A stretch of 64,000 bases of DNA, from the NCBI GenBank assembly GCA_009782605.1, contig WRIR01000012.1, positions 183 to 64,182 of the forward strand, in the 5' to 3' direction. This document shows, piece by piece, positions 1 to 13,555 of this stretch. Positions within the stretch are counted from its first letter, which is position 1. Each line of letters opens with the position of its first letter. This DNA is from Eggerthellaceae bacterium. Lineage in GTDB: Bacteria; Actinomycetota; Coriobacteriia; Coriobacteriales; Eggerthellaceae. The notes below the pieces were generated by a model that saw only the letters and a list, made by a program, of their open reading frames with translations, did no database searches and was not told the origin of the DNA. Both the position numbers and the translations under genes were made by a program.

Positions 1-72
1 GCCCTGAGCGGCGCGGCGCTCCTTCTCCTTGCTGTCCGCTCCAGGAGGGCGTTGCCCAAGCGCCCGGAGTGA
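1..72 (+). CDS. 3' end of an upstream CDS (partial, unnamed)
   Basis: Frame 1 is open from the window edge to TGA at 70-72 (...AALLLLAVRSRRALPKRPE*). Codons are GC3-rich. Too short to identify. Confidence 0.25.
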   Translation, partial: ALSGAALLLLAVRSRRALPKRPE

Positions 73-120
73 CAGGATTGTTACGGGGGCGGTGATTCAT
101 TACCTCCACCGCCCTCGTGA

Positions 121-216
121 CTGTGACAGGGGGCCGTATAGGGTGTCACATTTCATTCGCTTTCCTGGATAAGAGGATATACGAAATGTGACACCCTATA
201 CGGCCCCCTGTCACAG
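121..216. repeat. Perfect 34-bp inverted repeat (arms 121-154 and 183-216) around a 28-nt spacer
   Basis: Arm 1 is ctgtgacagggggccgtatagggtgtcacatttc and arm 2 is its exact reverse complement. Each arm itself contains TGTGACA-N15-TGTCACA. A further CCCCCTGTCACA copy lies at 222-233. Confidence 0.9.
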
Positions 217-345
217 TCCGGCCCCCTGTCACACGGCCCGCAATCCTGACCGCCCCGGTCCGCAGCCCGCGGCTTGTCCCCTTCTTCCTGGTCTTTCCCC
301 CCTCAAGCGAAATCTCTTTTCGCAGAGTTTGATGCTTGCGGTACA

Positions 346-1050
346 ATGTCTTATGAAAGCTTTGGCAAGGACAAGGAAGCGATGGAAGAAGCGACGACAG
401 ACACCCCCTCACCCGGGGAAGAGGCCCTGCAAGACGAAAGCGCCGCCACCCCGGCGCCCGCCCGTTCTTTTGCGGACGCGATTGCCCAGGGGCAGGTCGG
501 CCTCGGTGTCGATATCGTCGAGATATCCCGCATGAAGCGCATCCTTGCACGGACGCCGCGTTTCGCCGGGAAGGTGTTTTCCGAAGACGAGCGTGCCTAC
601 TGCGAGACAAAGGTCACGCCGGAGGTCCACTACGCGACCCGCTTTGCCGCGAAGGAGGCGGTGCTAAAGGCATTGGGCACAGGCTTTTCCGGAGGGATCG
701 GCGTGCGCGACATAGAAGTGGGCCGGAATACGAAGGGGAGGCCCTACGTCGTCTTGCGGGGCCGGGCGAAGGAGCTTGCCGACACCTACGGCGTCCTGGA
801 AGTCCCCCTGTCGCTTTCATACACGCACCGCGACGCCATAGCCTGCGCCATGGCTATCACCGCAGAGTCGCTTAAATCCTCCCAGGAGCGCATCGACCCC
901 ATGGAGGAACTTGCACGGCAGTTCAAGGAAGCACGGAACCTGCTGGATGAGATAGGAACGGCCAAGGAAGAGGCGGGAGGCGCGGCCGAGGAAGAATCAA
1001 AGGCCGGGCTTGAAGCCGAAGCCGCCGTTGAGCCTGGAGACGAAGGGTAG
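346..1050 (+). CDS. acpS: holo-[acyl-carrier-protein] synthase (4'-phosphopantetheinyl transferase) with N- and C-terminal extensions
   Basis: The core GLGVDIVEISRM...RFAAKEAVLKALGTG...VRDIEV...GRPYVVL...SLSYTHRDAIACAMAI matches the AcpS family. The ORF opens at 274; likely starts are ATG 346 or ATG 382. An acidic tail of about 60 aa follows the core. Confidence 0.85.
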   Translation: MSYESFGKDKEAMEEATTDTPSPGEEALQDESAATPAPARSFADAIAQGQVGLGVDIVEISRMKRILARTPRFAGKVFSEDERAYCETKVTPEVHYATRFAAKEAVLKALGTGFSGGIGVRDIEVGRNTKGRPYVVLRGRAKELADTYGVLEVPLSLSYTHRDAIACAMAITAESLKSSQERIDPMEELARQFKEARNLLDEIGTAKEEAGGAAEEESKAGLEAEAAVEPGDEG

Positions 1051-1056
1051 GAACAC

Positions 1057-1929
1057 ATGGAACGCTATGGCAAAGAGGGGCTTGCGGCACTTCTCCCCTG
1101 GCCCGATGCTGAAGCAAACAAGTACTCGCGCGGACGACTTATCCTGTTCGCGGGAAGCTCGGTCTATCCGGGAGCTGCCTGTTTGGCGGCATCTGCCAGC
1201 CAGCAGGCGGGCGCGGGCTACACCGAGGTCTACACGGCACCGCGGGCCGTCCAGGTCGTCCAGGTATTCCGCCCCTCCCTGGTCGTCCGCTCCTGGGAGG
1301 GCATCAACCACGAAGAGCTGCAGGCCACGCAGCAGAAGAGGCCCTGTGCCTATGTCGTCGGCCCGGGCTTCGACCTCGAAAAGAGCAGCACCGCGTCGCT
1401 TACCTATATCGTGCTCGGGAAGGCGAAGGCCCCCGTCCTCATCGACGGCGGCGCACTTTCGGCCCTGAACTCGGCAGCGGGAAGGACACTGTGCAAGAAC
1501 CGCGTCGCCGACGGCTTCCCCACGATCATCACGCCCCATGCGGGCGAGGCGGAAGGCCTGCTGGTGGGCACCAACGTGCTCTTCAACGACCTTCCCGTGG
1601 TCGCCCGGGAGCTTTCTGCCCGCTACAGTGCGGTAACGGTCCTGAAAGGGCCTGTGACCTATGTGTCGGACGGCTACGAGGTCTTCGCCTTGAGCCAGGG
1701 GACACCGGCCTTGGCGAAGGCGGGGACCGGCGACGTGCTCGCGGGGATCATCGGCGCCTTCCTGGCCCAGGGGCTCGACCCCTTCGACGCGGCTATCCTG
1801 GGGACGAGCCTCCATGCCGAGGCCGGCTGCCTCGCCGCCGCCGCGCTGACCCTGCTGTGCGTCACCGCCGAGGACGTGATAGAGTACCTTCCCGAGGCCA
1901 TCAGGGCCCTCGCCCCGGCAAGACGATGA
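1057..1929 (+). CDS. nnrD: ADP-dependent NAD(P)H-hydrate dehydratase (YjeF C-terminal type carbohydrate kinase fold)
   Basis: Motifs seen: KYSRGRLILFAGS..YPGAACLAA, GPGFD, VLIDGGAL, ITPHAGEA, VLKG, and KAGTGDVLAGIIGAFLAQG. Confidence 0.85.
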   Translation: MERYGKEGLAALLPWPDAEANKYSRGRLILFAGSSVYPGAACLAASASQQAGAGYTEVYTAPRAVQVVQVFRPSLVVRSWEGINHEELQATQQKRPCAYVVGPGFDLEKSSTASLTYIVLGKAKAPVLIDGGALSALNSAAGRTLCKNRVADGFPTIITPHAGEAEGLLVGTNVLFNDLPVVARELSARYSAVTVLKGPVTYVSDGYEVFALSQGTPALAKAGTGDVLAGIIGAFLAQGLDPFDAAILGTSLHAEAGCLAAAALTLLCVTAEDVIEYLPEAIRALAPARR

Positions 1930-4167
<2,238 letters not shown>

Positions 4168-4287
4168 CCTCTCATTGCTCCCCCCACCGTCATCGCGGGC
4201 CTGACCCGCAATCTTCAAGCAAGGGATTCGGCAGGATTGCTGATCGAGGGCGTCCCCGTTGACACCCGTCCCCGTTGACACGCTCCC

Positions 4288-5535
4288 TCACATGTCGACC
4301 GACAGGTCGACCCGGAACTCGGAGCCGACTATCTGGGCGTCTGCCTCTTTCAACCACGAGATGGGGTTCGGCAGGTCCTCGAAGGCACGGTGGCGGGCGG
4401 CGAGGCTGGGGGTGTAGTCCTTGAGCGCATAGATGCGGTAGTTCCCCTCTTCCGAGTGGTTGACCAGCGGCGTCCAGTGTATCTTCTCGATGCGGGTGCC
4501 GTCTGCGCTTTTCACGAAGTCGCAGCGGAGCATCCCCTCAAGCTCGTTGATGGGGTTCGGGGTGTCGTAGCGGCTCAAGAAGTCGCCCAGGGAATAGGCG
4601 ACCAGCGTCCGGTTGCCCCCGGCGCCCTCGACCCAGGCAAGCGGGCCGATCACGTGGGGATGTGAGCCGAGGACGAGGTCGGCCCCGCCGTCCGCTAGCA
4701 GCTGCGCCCAGTAGAGTTGGCCCTCGTCGGGCTCGCTTTGGTTCTCGGTGCCCCAGTGCATGGCAACGATCACGATGTCGCTGAGCGCACGGGCCTGGGC
4801 GAGGTCGCCCCGGACGCGGTCCTCGGTCGCGTAGTTGACGGTATGGGAGGGGATGTCCGCCTCGTCGTAGCCGTTGATGCCATAGGTGTAGTTCAAGAAC
4901 GTGAACACGATGCCGTTCTTCTCGAAGGGCTTGATGGAATAGGCTTCCTCGGGGGTGAGCGCGGTGCCCGCATAGACGACGGGCTTGTCCTTCCACAGGG
5001 CAATGGAATGCTCGATGGCTTCCTGCCCCCAGTCATAGCTGTGGTTCGTGGCGGAAGCGATAAGGTTGAAGCCCGTGTCGCAGATGGCATCGACCATGGC
5101 GTCGGTCGTGTTGAAGGAGGGCCATCCCCGGGGCCCGATCTCGTCGCCCCCGGCATGGGTCTCGAAGTTGATGTAGGCAAGGTCGGCCTTTTGGATGTAG
5201 GGCTTGATGGCCCGATAGATCGGGCGGTAGTCGTAGAGGCCGTCGCCCGTCTCCCCCGACTGGGAGTTCGCATACATTCCGATTACGTCGTCGGGGAGGT
5301 TGTCGCCCACCGCCACGAAAGAAACCCGGCTTTCATCCGTGGCCTTGGGTTTCGAGGGGGAGAAGAGGCCGGTCCGCTGCCTGCCTTCGCCGTCGGGTGC
5401 TGCGAGGGCGAGGTGGGCGCCCATGCCGACGAGGGCGAGGACAGCGCAGGCCGCCACGAGCTTTCCTGTGGCAAACGAGAAGGCGGACTTGCGGTTCGGC
5501 GCACGCCGATATGTCGGTTTGTAACCTCTAGCCAT
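4288..5535 (-). CDS. CapA/PGA_cap family metallophosphatase-like protein, N-terminal membrane anchor
   Basis: TM segment LVAACAVLALVGMGAHLALA, then SFVAVGDNL, INFETH, ATNHSYDWG, VAMHWGTEN and LVLGSHPHVIGP. The ORF opens with GTG at 5544; ATG at 5535 has better SD spacing. Confidence 0.8.
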   Translation of the reverse strand: MARGYKPTYRRAPNRKSAFSFATGKLVAACAVLALVGMGAHLALAAPDGEGRQRTGLFSPSKPKATDESRVSFVAVGDNLPDDVIGMYANSQSGETGDGLYDYRPIYRAIKPYIQKADLAYINFETHAGGDEIGPRGWPSFNTTDAMVDAICDTGFNLIASATNHSYDWGQEAIEHSIALWKDKPVVYAGTALTPEEAYSIKPFEKNGIVFTFLNYTYGINGYDEADIPSHTVNYATEDRVRGDLAQARALSDIVIVAMHWGTENQSEPDEGQLYWAQLLADGGADLVLGSHPHVIGPLAWVEGAGGNRTLVAYSLGDFLSRYDTPNPINELEGMLRCDFVKSADGTRIEKIHWTPLVNHSEEGNYRIYALKDYTPSLAARHRAFEDLPNPISWLKEADAQIVGSEFRVDLSVDM

Positions 5536-5841
5536 GTGGTGCACATCCCCTAGCCATGCGGTTTACATCGGTCGCATCGGTTCCATCATCCATCCGAATA
5601 TTTCCATTATATCACCATATCAGGGGATTTCCCGAAGGTTACCAAAAGGTAAGGGTATCGTCATCGAAAAATTATGTTGTCCATCGGGACCGCCGCAGAG
5701 GTGGAGTATAATAGCCAACGGACCAAAAGTCAGTTTTCAGATTTCCCCTCCATCGGCCGGGCCGCGTCTGAGCCCCCTGGCGCTGGAGGGATTTTGCCGA
5801 GAGGACGGAGCGTCGGGCGCGTGAGCGAGAAGAACCAGGAT

Positions 5842-6423
5842 ATGAAGGACCTTGCCCTCCGGGCACAAAAGGAGCCTGCCGTCTTGCGGGAGCTGGTTGG
5901 GAACCTGAGCGGCGCCTCCCGCCGCCTCCGCCAGTATTCCGCTGCCTGCCTCGGCCTCGTCGCGAAGGAGGACCCCTCGCTCCTTGTCGATCACAGCGCC
6001 GACCTCATCGACGCCCTCAACCGTCCCGAGGCCCAGACGCGCTGGGAATGCCTCGACATGCTCACGATGCTGGTCAGCTTGGATTCCCGCGCCTGCGACA
6101 AGGCTATAAGCGGCGTCGAGGCGGCCCTGTTCGACGATGAGAGCGGCCCGGTGCGCCTGGGCGCCATGCGCTTCCTGTGTCGCCTGGGCTCGACGACCGA
6201 GAACCGCTCCGAGAAACTGTGGTCTTTGATAGACGAGGGCATCCAGTGCTACCATGGGGACCTCGAGTTTCCCGACATGATGGCGGCGGTGGTCGAGTTC
6301 TCGCAGGGCAAGATCGCAGCCTCGACGAAGGAGGCGCTGGCAAGCCGTATGGCCTTCGACGCCGAGAACAGCAAGGGTGCCCTGAAACGCCGCGCCCAAC
6401 AGATAATAACGAACGTGTCTTAG
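5842..6423 (+). CDS. hypothetical helical-repeat (HEAT/ARM-like) protein
   Basis: GC3-rich ORF. ATG at 5842 ([12 protein letters not shown]...) is preferred over the 5674 extension. No recognisable catalytic motif. Confidence 0.5.
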   Translation: MKDLALRAQKEPAVLRELVGNLSGASRRLRQYSAACLGLVAKEDPSLLVDHSADLIDALNRPEAQTRWECLDMLTMLVSLDSRACDKAISGVEAALFDDESGPVRLGAMRFLCRLGSTTENRSEKLWSLIDEGIQCYHGDLEFPDMMAAVVEFSQGKIAASTKEALASRMAFDAENSKGALKRRAQQIITNVS

Positions 6424-6533
6424 GGGTAACGCATGCGCCGCAGGAGGACAGGTGGCTTCGCTGGGCGACATGTGGAAAAATCATGAAGAAGGACATAAGC
6501 GTAAACGGACATGCGGAAACGAAGGAGGCCGAA

Positions 6534-7622
6534 ATGGCAAAGCACACGGTGACACTGATTCCGGGAGACGGAATCGGCCCGGAGATTATCGCGGCGATGT
6601 GCAGGGTGGTCGAGGCCGCCGGCGCCGACATCGAATGGGAGGTCGCCGACGCTGGCGCCCACCTCATGGACGAGCACGGGACGCCGCTGCCGGACTATGT
6701 CATCGAGTCCATCAAGAAGAACAAGGTCGCCATCAAGGGCCCGGTGACCACGCCGGTCGGCACGGGGTTCAGGAGCGTGAACGTGGCGTTGCGCAAGGCG
6801 CTGGACCTCTACACCAACCTGCGCCCCTCCTTCTCCCTGCCGGGCACGGGCGCGCGCTACGACGACGTCGACCTGGTGCTCGTGCGCGAGAACACCGAGG
6901 ACCTGTATGCGGGGATCGAGTTCGAGGAGGGGAGCGCGGACGCGGCGGAGCTCATCGAGTTCTGCGCGGCGAAGGGCGCCGGGACCATCCGCCCGGACTC
7001 CGGCATCTCGCTCAAGCCTATCTCGGTCACGGGGAGCCAGCGCATCGTGCGCTGGGCCTTCGAGTATGCCCTCGACAACGGCCGCAAGAAGGTGACCGCC
7101 GTCCATAAGGCGAACATCCTCAAGCACAGCGACGGCCTCTTCCTGCGCGAGGCCCGCAAGGTCGCCGAGGAATACGCCGGCCGCATCGAGTTTGAGGACC
7201 GCATCGTCGACGCCTGCTGCATGGGCCTGGTGCTCAACCCCGCGAACTTCGACGTGCTCGTCCTGCCCAACCTCTACGGCGACATCGTGAGCGACCTGTG
7301 CGCCGGCCTTATCGGCGGCCTGGGGATAGCCCCCGGCGCGAATATCGGCGCCGAGTGCGCCGTCTTCGAGCCGGTCCACGGCTCCGCGCCCATCCACGCG
7401 GGCAAGAACCGCGCGAACCCGACGGCGGAGATACTGTCGGCCATCCTGATGCTGCGCCACCTGGGCGAGGAAGCGGTGGCGGACAAGGTCCTCGCGGCCG
7501 TCAGCGCCGTGCTGGCCGAGGGTGCGAGCGTGACCTACGACATCAAGCGGACGCTGACGGGCTCCACCGACGGCTCGGTCGGCACGGCGGAGTACGCCGA
7601 CGCCATCATAGCGAAGCTCTGA
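6534..7622 (+). CDS. icd: isocitrate dehydrogenase (isocitrate/isopropylmalate dehydrogenase family)
   Basis: GAAGGAGG lies 5 nt before ATG 6534. Motifs: [48 protein letters not shown] and GG.G.APGAN. It sits directly upstream of aconitase. Confidence 0.85.
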   Translation: MAKHTVTLIPGDGIGPEIIAAMCRVVEAAGADIEWEVADAGAHLMDEHGTPLPDYVIESIKKNKVAIKGPVTTPVGTGFRSVNVALRKALDLYTNLRPSFSLPGTGARYDDVDLVLVRENTEDLYAGIEFEEGSADAAELIEFCAAKGAGTIRPDSGISLKPISVTGSQRIVRWAFEYALDNGRKKVTAVHKANILKHSDGLFLREARKVAEEYAGRIEFEDRIVDACCMGLVLNPANFDVLVLPNLYGDIVSDLCAGLIGGLGIAPGANIGAECAVFEPVHGSAPIHAGKNRANPTAEILSAILMLRHLGEEAVADKVLAAVSAVLAEGASVTYDIKRTLTGSTDGSVGTAEYADAIIAKL

Positions 7623-7657
7623 GGCCCTTCGGGGCCGCGGAGGAAGGAAGGACGGCG

Positions 7658-10405
<2,748 letters not shown>

Positions 10406-10407
10406 TC

Positions 10408-12336
10408 GTGGCACAGGAAAAGACAGGCATCAACGCATTGCTGGACGCGCTCAAGCAGGCAGGCGCCGAATTCGACGGGGGGTCGGGCCCTTCCGCAAGC
10501 GCCGGCACCGGTGGCGAGGGGCGGGCAAGGGCCTCATCGTCCGGCGGCTCGCAGGAACCGCCGGAGATAAAGGTGAACTTCCCCTTCGGCGAACAGATGG
10601 CCCAGTGGGGCAGGCGCGCGCTGATCATTGCCGCCGTTGCCCTGGTGCTGGTCGTCGCCGGCTGCTATTGGTGGTTCCATCCGCCCATCAACATCCACAG
10701 CGCCGACACCTGGTACTTTGTCATCATCTTCATCCTGATCCCGATATTCTTCTTCCTCATGACGCGCTATCAGGCCTACCAGAAGGGCACGGCCAAGGTC
10801 ACGCGCAACGAAGGGAAGGCGAAGGCCTACAGGGGGCTTTCCTACATCCCGGTCGCCATCGTGCTTGTCGGCATCCTCGGGTGGATAGCCTCGATGCCCA
10901 TCTTCCCGGGCAACGCCGAGCGCTACGCGCACGTCCTGCAGACCGACCGCCTCGACTTCGCCGAGGACATCAAGGAAGTCAACTACTCGGAGGTCCCGAT
11001 CATCGACCGGAACTCGGCGGCCCTTCTGGGCAACCGGGCCATGGGCATGATCCCGGAATACGTCAGCCAGTTCGAGATATCGCCGCTGTACAGCCAGATC
11101 AACTACAAGCAGAACCCGGTGCGCGTCAGCCCCTTGGGCTATGCCGACATCTTCAAATGGTGGGCCAACAGGCAGGCGGGCATCCCGGCCTACGTGCTGG
11201 TGAACATGACGACGCAAGACACCAGCATCGTCAAGCTCGACGAGGGCATCAAGTATTCCCAATCCGAGCCCCTTGGGCGCAACATCGACCGCTACGTGCA
11301 GCTCAAGTACCCCTTCTACATGTTCGACTCGAAGTCCTTTGAGATCGACGACGAGGGGCATCCGTGGTGGATATGCCCGGTGAAGCAGTTCACCATCGGC
11401 CTTTTCGGCGGCCTGACCATCTCGCGGGTCGTCCTGTGCGACGCGGCGACCGGCGAGTGCACCGACATACCCATCGAGGAATGCCCGCAATGGGTCGACC
11501 GCGTCTATCCCGCCGAGCTGGTTATCCAGCAGTACAACTGGAGCGGCGCCTACATGAGCGGCTGGCTGAACTCCTGGCTCGGGCAGCAGGGCGTCGTGCA
11601 GACGACGCCGGGGACCAGCGGGCAGCTGGGCTACAACTACATCGCCAAGGACGACGACGTCTGGGTCTATTCCGGCGTGACCTCCGCGACGGCCGACAAC
11701 TCCATAGTCGGGTTCGTGCTGGTGAACCAGCGCACGGCGCAGTCGCACTTCTACGCGGTCGCCGGCGCGACCGAGGAATCGGCGATGTACTCGGCCGAAG
11801 GCCAGGTGCAGCACCTCCGCTACCGCGCGACCTTCCCCATACTGCTCAACATCAACAACCAGCCCACCTACTTCATGGCCTTGAAGGACGACGCGGGGCT
11901 TGTCAAGATGTATGCGATGCTCGACATCAAGCGCTACCAGAACGTCGCCGTCGCGGACACGGTGAGCGGCACCCAGAAGGCCTACACGCAGCTGCTCGTG
12001 ACCAACGGCGTGCTGACGGAGGAAGAGGGCACGCTGCAGGCAGGCTCGGCTGAGGCGAGCGGCACCATCGTCCATATGGCGACGGCGGTCGTCGAGGGCA
12101 ACTCGCACTTCTACCTGCGCCTTGCGGGCGACACCAATATCTACGACTTCGCCCTGCCCGCCCTGCTCGACATCGTCGCCTACGGGGTAGGCGACCACAT
12201 CGAGTTCACCTACTTCGAGTCCGACCCGACCTTCATTGCCGTGGAGATCACCTCGGAAGCCCCTGTCGCTGTTGCGGGGGCGCCCGCCTCCCCGGGCTCG
12301 AAGGACGACGACCAGAAGAACAACATAGGGACCTGA
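10408..12336 (+). CDS. hypothetical polytopic membrane protein with large extracytoplasmic domain
   Basis: GTG start 2 nt after the acnA stop, preceded by GAGGAAGGA. Three hydrophobic helices (ALIIAAVALVLVVAGCYWWF, WYFVIIFILIPIFFFLM, YIPVAIVLVGILGWIASMPIF) are followed by a soluble domain of about 450 aa. I recognise no family. Confidence 0.6.
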   Translation: MAQEKTGINALLDALKQAGAEFDGGSGPSASAGTGGEGRARASSSGGSQEPPEIKVNFPFGEQMAQWGRRALIIAAVALVLVVAGCYWWFHPPINIHSADTWYFVIIFILIPIFFFLMTRYQAYQKGTAKVTRNEGKAKAYRGLSYIPVAIVLVGILGWIASMPIFPGNAERYAHVLQTDRLDFAEDIKEVNYSEVPIIDRNSAALLGNRAMGMIPEYVSQFEISPLYSQINYKQNPVRVSPLGYADIFKWWANRQAGIPAYVLVNMTTQDTSIVKLDEGIKYSQSEPLGRNIDRYVQLKYPFYMFDSKSFEIDDEGHPWWICPVKQFTIGLFGGLTISRVVLCDAATGECTDIPIEECPQWVDRVYPAELVIQQYNWSGAYMSGWLNSWLGQQGVVQTTPGTSGQLGYNYIAKDDDVWVYSGVTSATADNSIVGFVLVNQRTAQSHFYAVAGATEESAMYSAEGQVQHLRYRATFPILLNINNQPTYFMALKDDAGLVKMYAMLDIKRYQNVAVADTVSGTQKAYTQLLVTNGVLTEEEGTLQAGSAEASGTIVHMATAVVEGNSHFYLRLAGDTNIYDFALPALLDIVAYGVGDHIEFTYFESDPTFIAVEITSEAPVAVAGAPASPGSKDDDQKNNIGT

Positions 12337-12337
12337 C

Positions 12338-13519
12338 GTGGCGGTACGTGAAGAGATCGACGCCCTGAAAGCCGAGATACAGGGCGTCTTAGGCAAGACG
12401 GAAAGCACGCAGATACTCGAAAGGCTCAAAGCCGAGGTCCTGGCCGTCATCAGCAAGGAAGAGAACCAGCAGGCGATCCTCACGCTGAGGACGGAGATAT
12501 TCAACGCGATCACGGGGTCGAAGACTTTGCAGGACCTCGACCAGGTGCGCGTCAGGACCCTGGGGAAGCTGGGGATACTCACGGCCTACCTCGGCTCGAT
12601 AGGCAGCCTGCCGCAGGGCGAGCGGGCCTTCGTCGGCAAGACGGCAAACGAGATGCGCGTCGCCGTCGAGGCCGCGCTCGAAGCACGCAAGGCGGAGCTT
12701 TCCGCCTTTGAGATGGCTGCCCGGATCGATGCGAGCGCGGTCGACGTCACGCTGCCGGGACGCGCCCAGCAGATGGGCACGCGCCATTTGATCAGCCGCA
12801 TCACCGACGAGGTTGCCGAGATATTCCTCGGCATCGGCTACTCGGTTGCCCAGGGCCCCGAGGTCGAGACCGACTACTATAACTTTGAAGCGCTCAACGC
12901 CCCGCCCGACCACCCCTCGCGCGGCCTGGCCGACACCTTCTACGTGCGCGACCTCTCGGGCGCGGCCGCCGCGGTGACGGGCGAGAGCGACGTGCTGCTG
13001 CGCACCCAGACCTCCGGGGTGCAGGTGCGCGTGATGGAGCAGCAAAAGCCCCCCATCTATGTCATCGTGCCGGGGAAGGTCTACCGGCGCGACGTGGCCG
13101 ACCCGAGCCACCTGCCGCAGTTCACGCAGATAGAGGGCCTTGTCGTCGACAAGGGCATCACCTTCGGCGACCTCAAGGGCACCCTCGACTATTTCTGCAA
13201 ACAAATGTTCGGGCAGGACCGCAAAACGCGGGTGCGTGCCCACTACTTCCCCTTCACGGAGCCTTCCGCCGAGGTGGACGTGAGCTGCGGGATATGCCAG
13301 GGCGAGGGCTGCCGCTTCTGCAAGGGCACCGGCTGGCTTGAGATAATGGGCTGCGGCATGGTGGACCCGAACGTCTTCGGCTATGTGGGCATCGACGCGC
13401 AGGAATACACCGGCTTCGCCTTCGGCATGGGGGTCGAGCGTATCGCTTGCCTGAAGTACAACGTGCCTGACTTGCGTATGCTCGTCGAAGGCGACATGCG
13501 CTTCCTGCGCCAGTTCTGA
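12338..13519 (+). CDS. pheS: phenylalanine--tRNA ligase alpha subunit
   Basis: Motifs: HPSRGLADTFY, LLRTQTSGVQ.R, YRRD..D.SHLPQFTQIEG, FPFTEPSAEVDV and GFAFGMGVERI. GTG start; long coiled N-terminus. Confidence 0.93.
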   Translation: MAVREEIDALKAEIQGVLGKTESTQILERLKAEVLAVISKEENQQAILTLRTEIFNAITGSKTLQDLDQVRVRTLGKLGILTAYLGSIGSLPQGERAFVGKTANEMRVAVEAALEARKAELSAFEMAARIDASAVDVTLPGRAQQMGTRHLISRITDEVAEIFLGIGYSVAQGPEVETDYYNFEALNAPPDHPSRGLADTFYVRDLSGAAAAVTGESDVLLRTQTSGVQVRVMEQQKPPIYVIVPGKVYRRDVADPSHLPQFTQIEGLVVDKGITFGDLKGTLDYFCKQMFGQDRKTRVRAHYFPFTEPSAEVDVSCGICQGEGCRFCKGTGWLEIMGCGMVDPNVFGYVGIDAQEYTGFAFGMGVERIACLKYNVPDLRMLVEGDMRFLRQF

Positions 13520-13555
13520 TTTTCCCTGTTCTCAAGCCCATAAGGATGTAAAACG

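Noticed and set aside
4251-4281. CRISPR array
   Set aside because: There are only two 15-nt units with a 1-nt gap, and nowhere in the window is there a repeat-spacer array.
6177-6533. 5' extension of the icd ORF overlapping the preceding gene, with similar extensions at 7298-7657, 21358-21426, 22668-22721, 20265-20351 and 5674-5841
   Set aside because: The extensions are Arg/Pro-rich, overlap upstream genes and lack SD sequences. Internal ATGs with good SDs coincide with the family N-termini.
10534-12582. 682-aa ORF antisense to the membrane protein and the pheS start
   Set aside because: It is a shadow ORF. The sense frame has coherent TM helices and GC3 bias.
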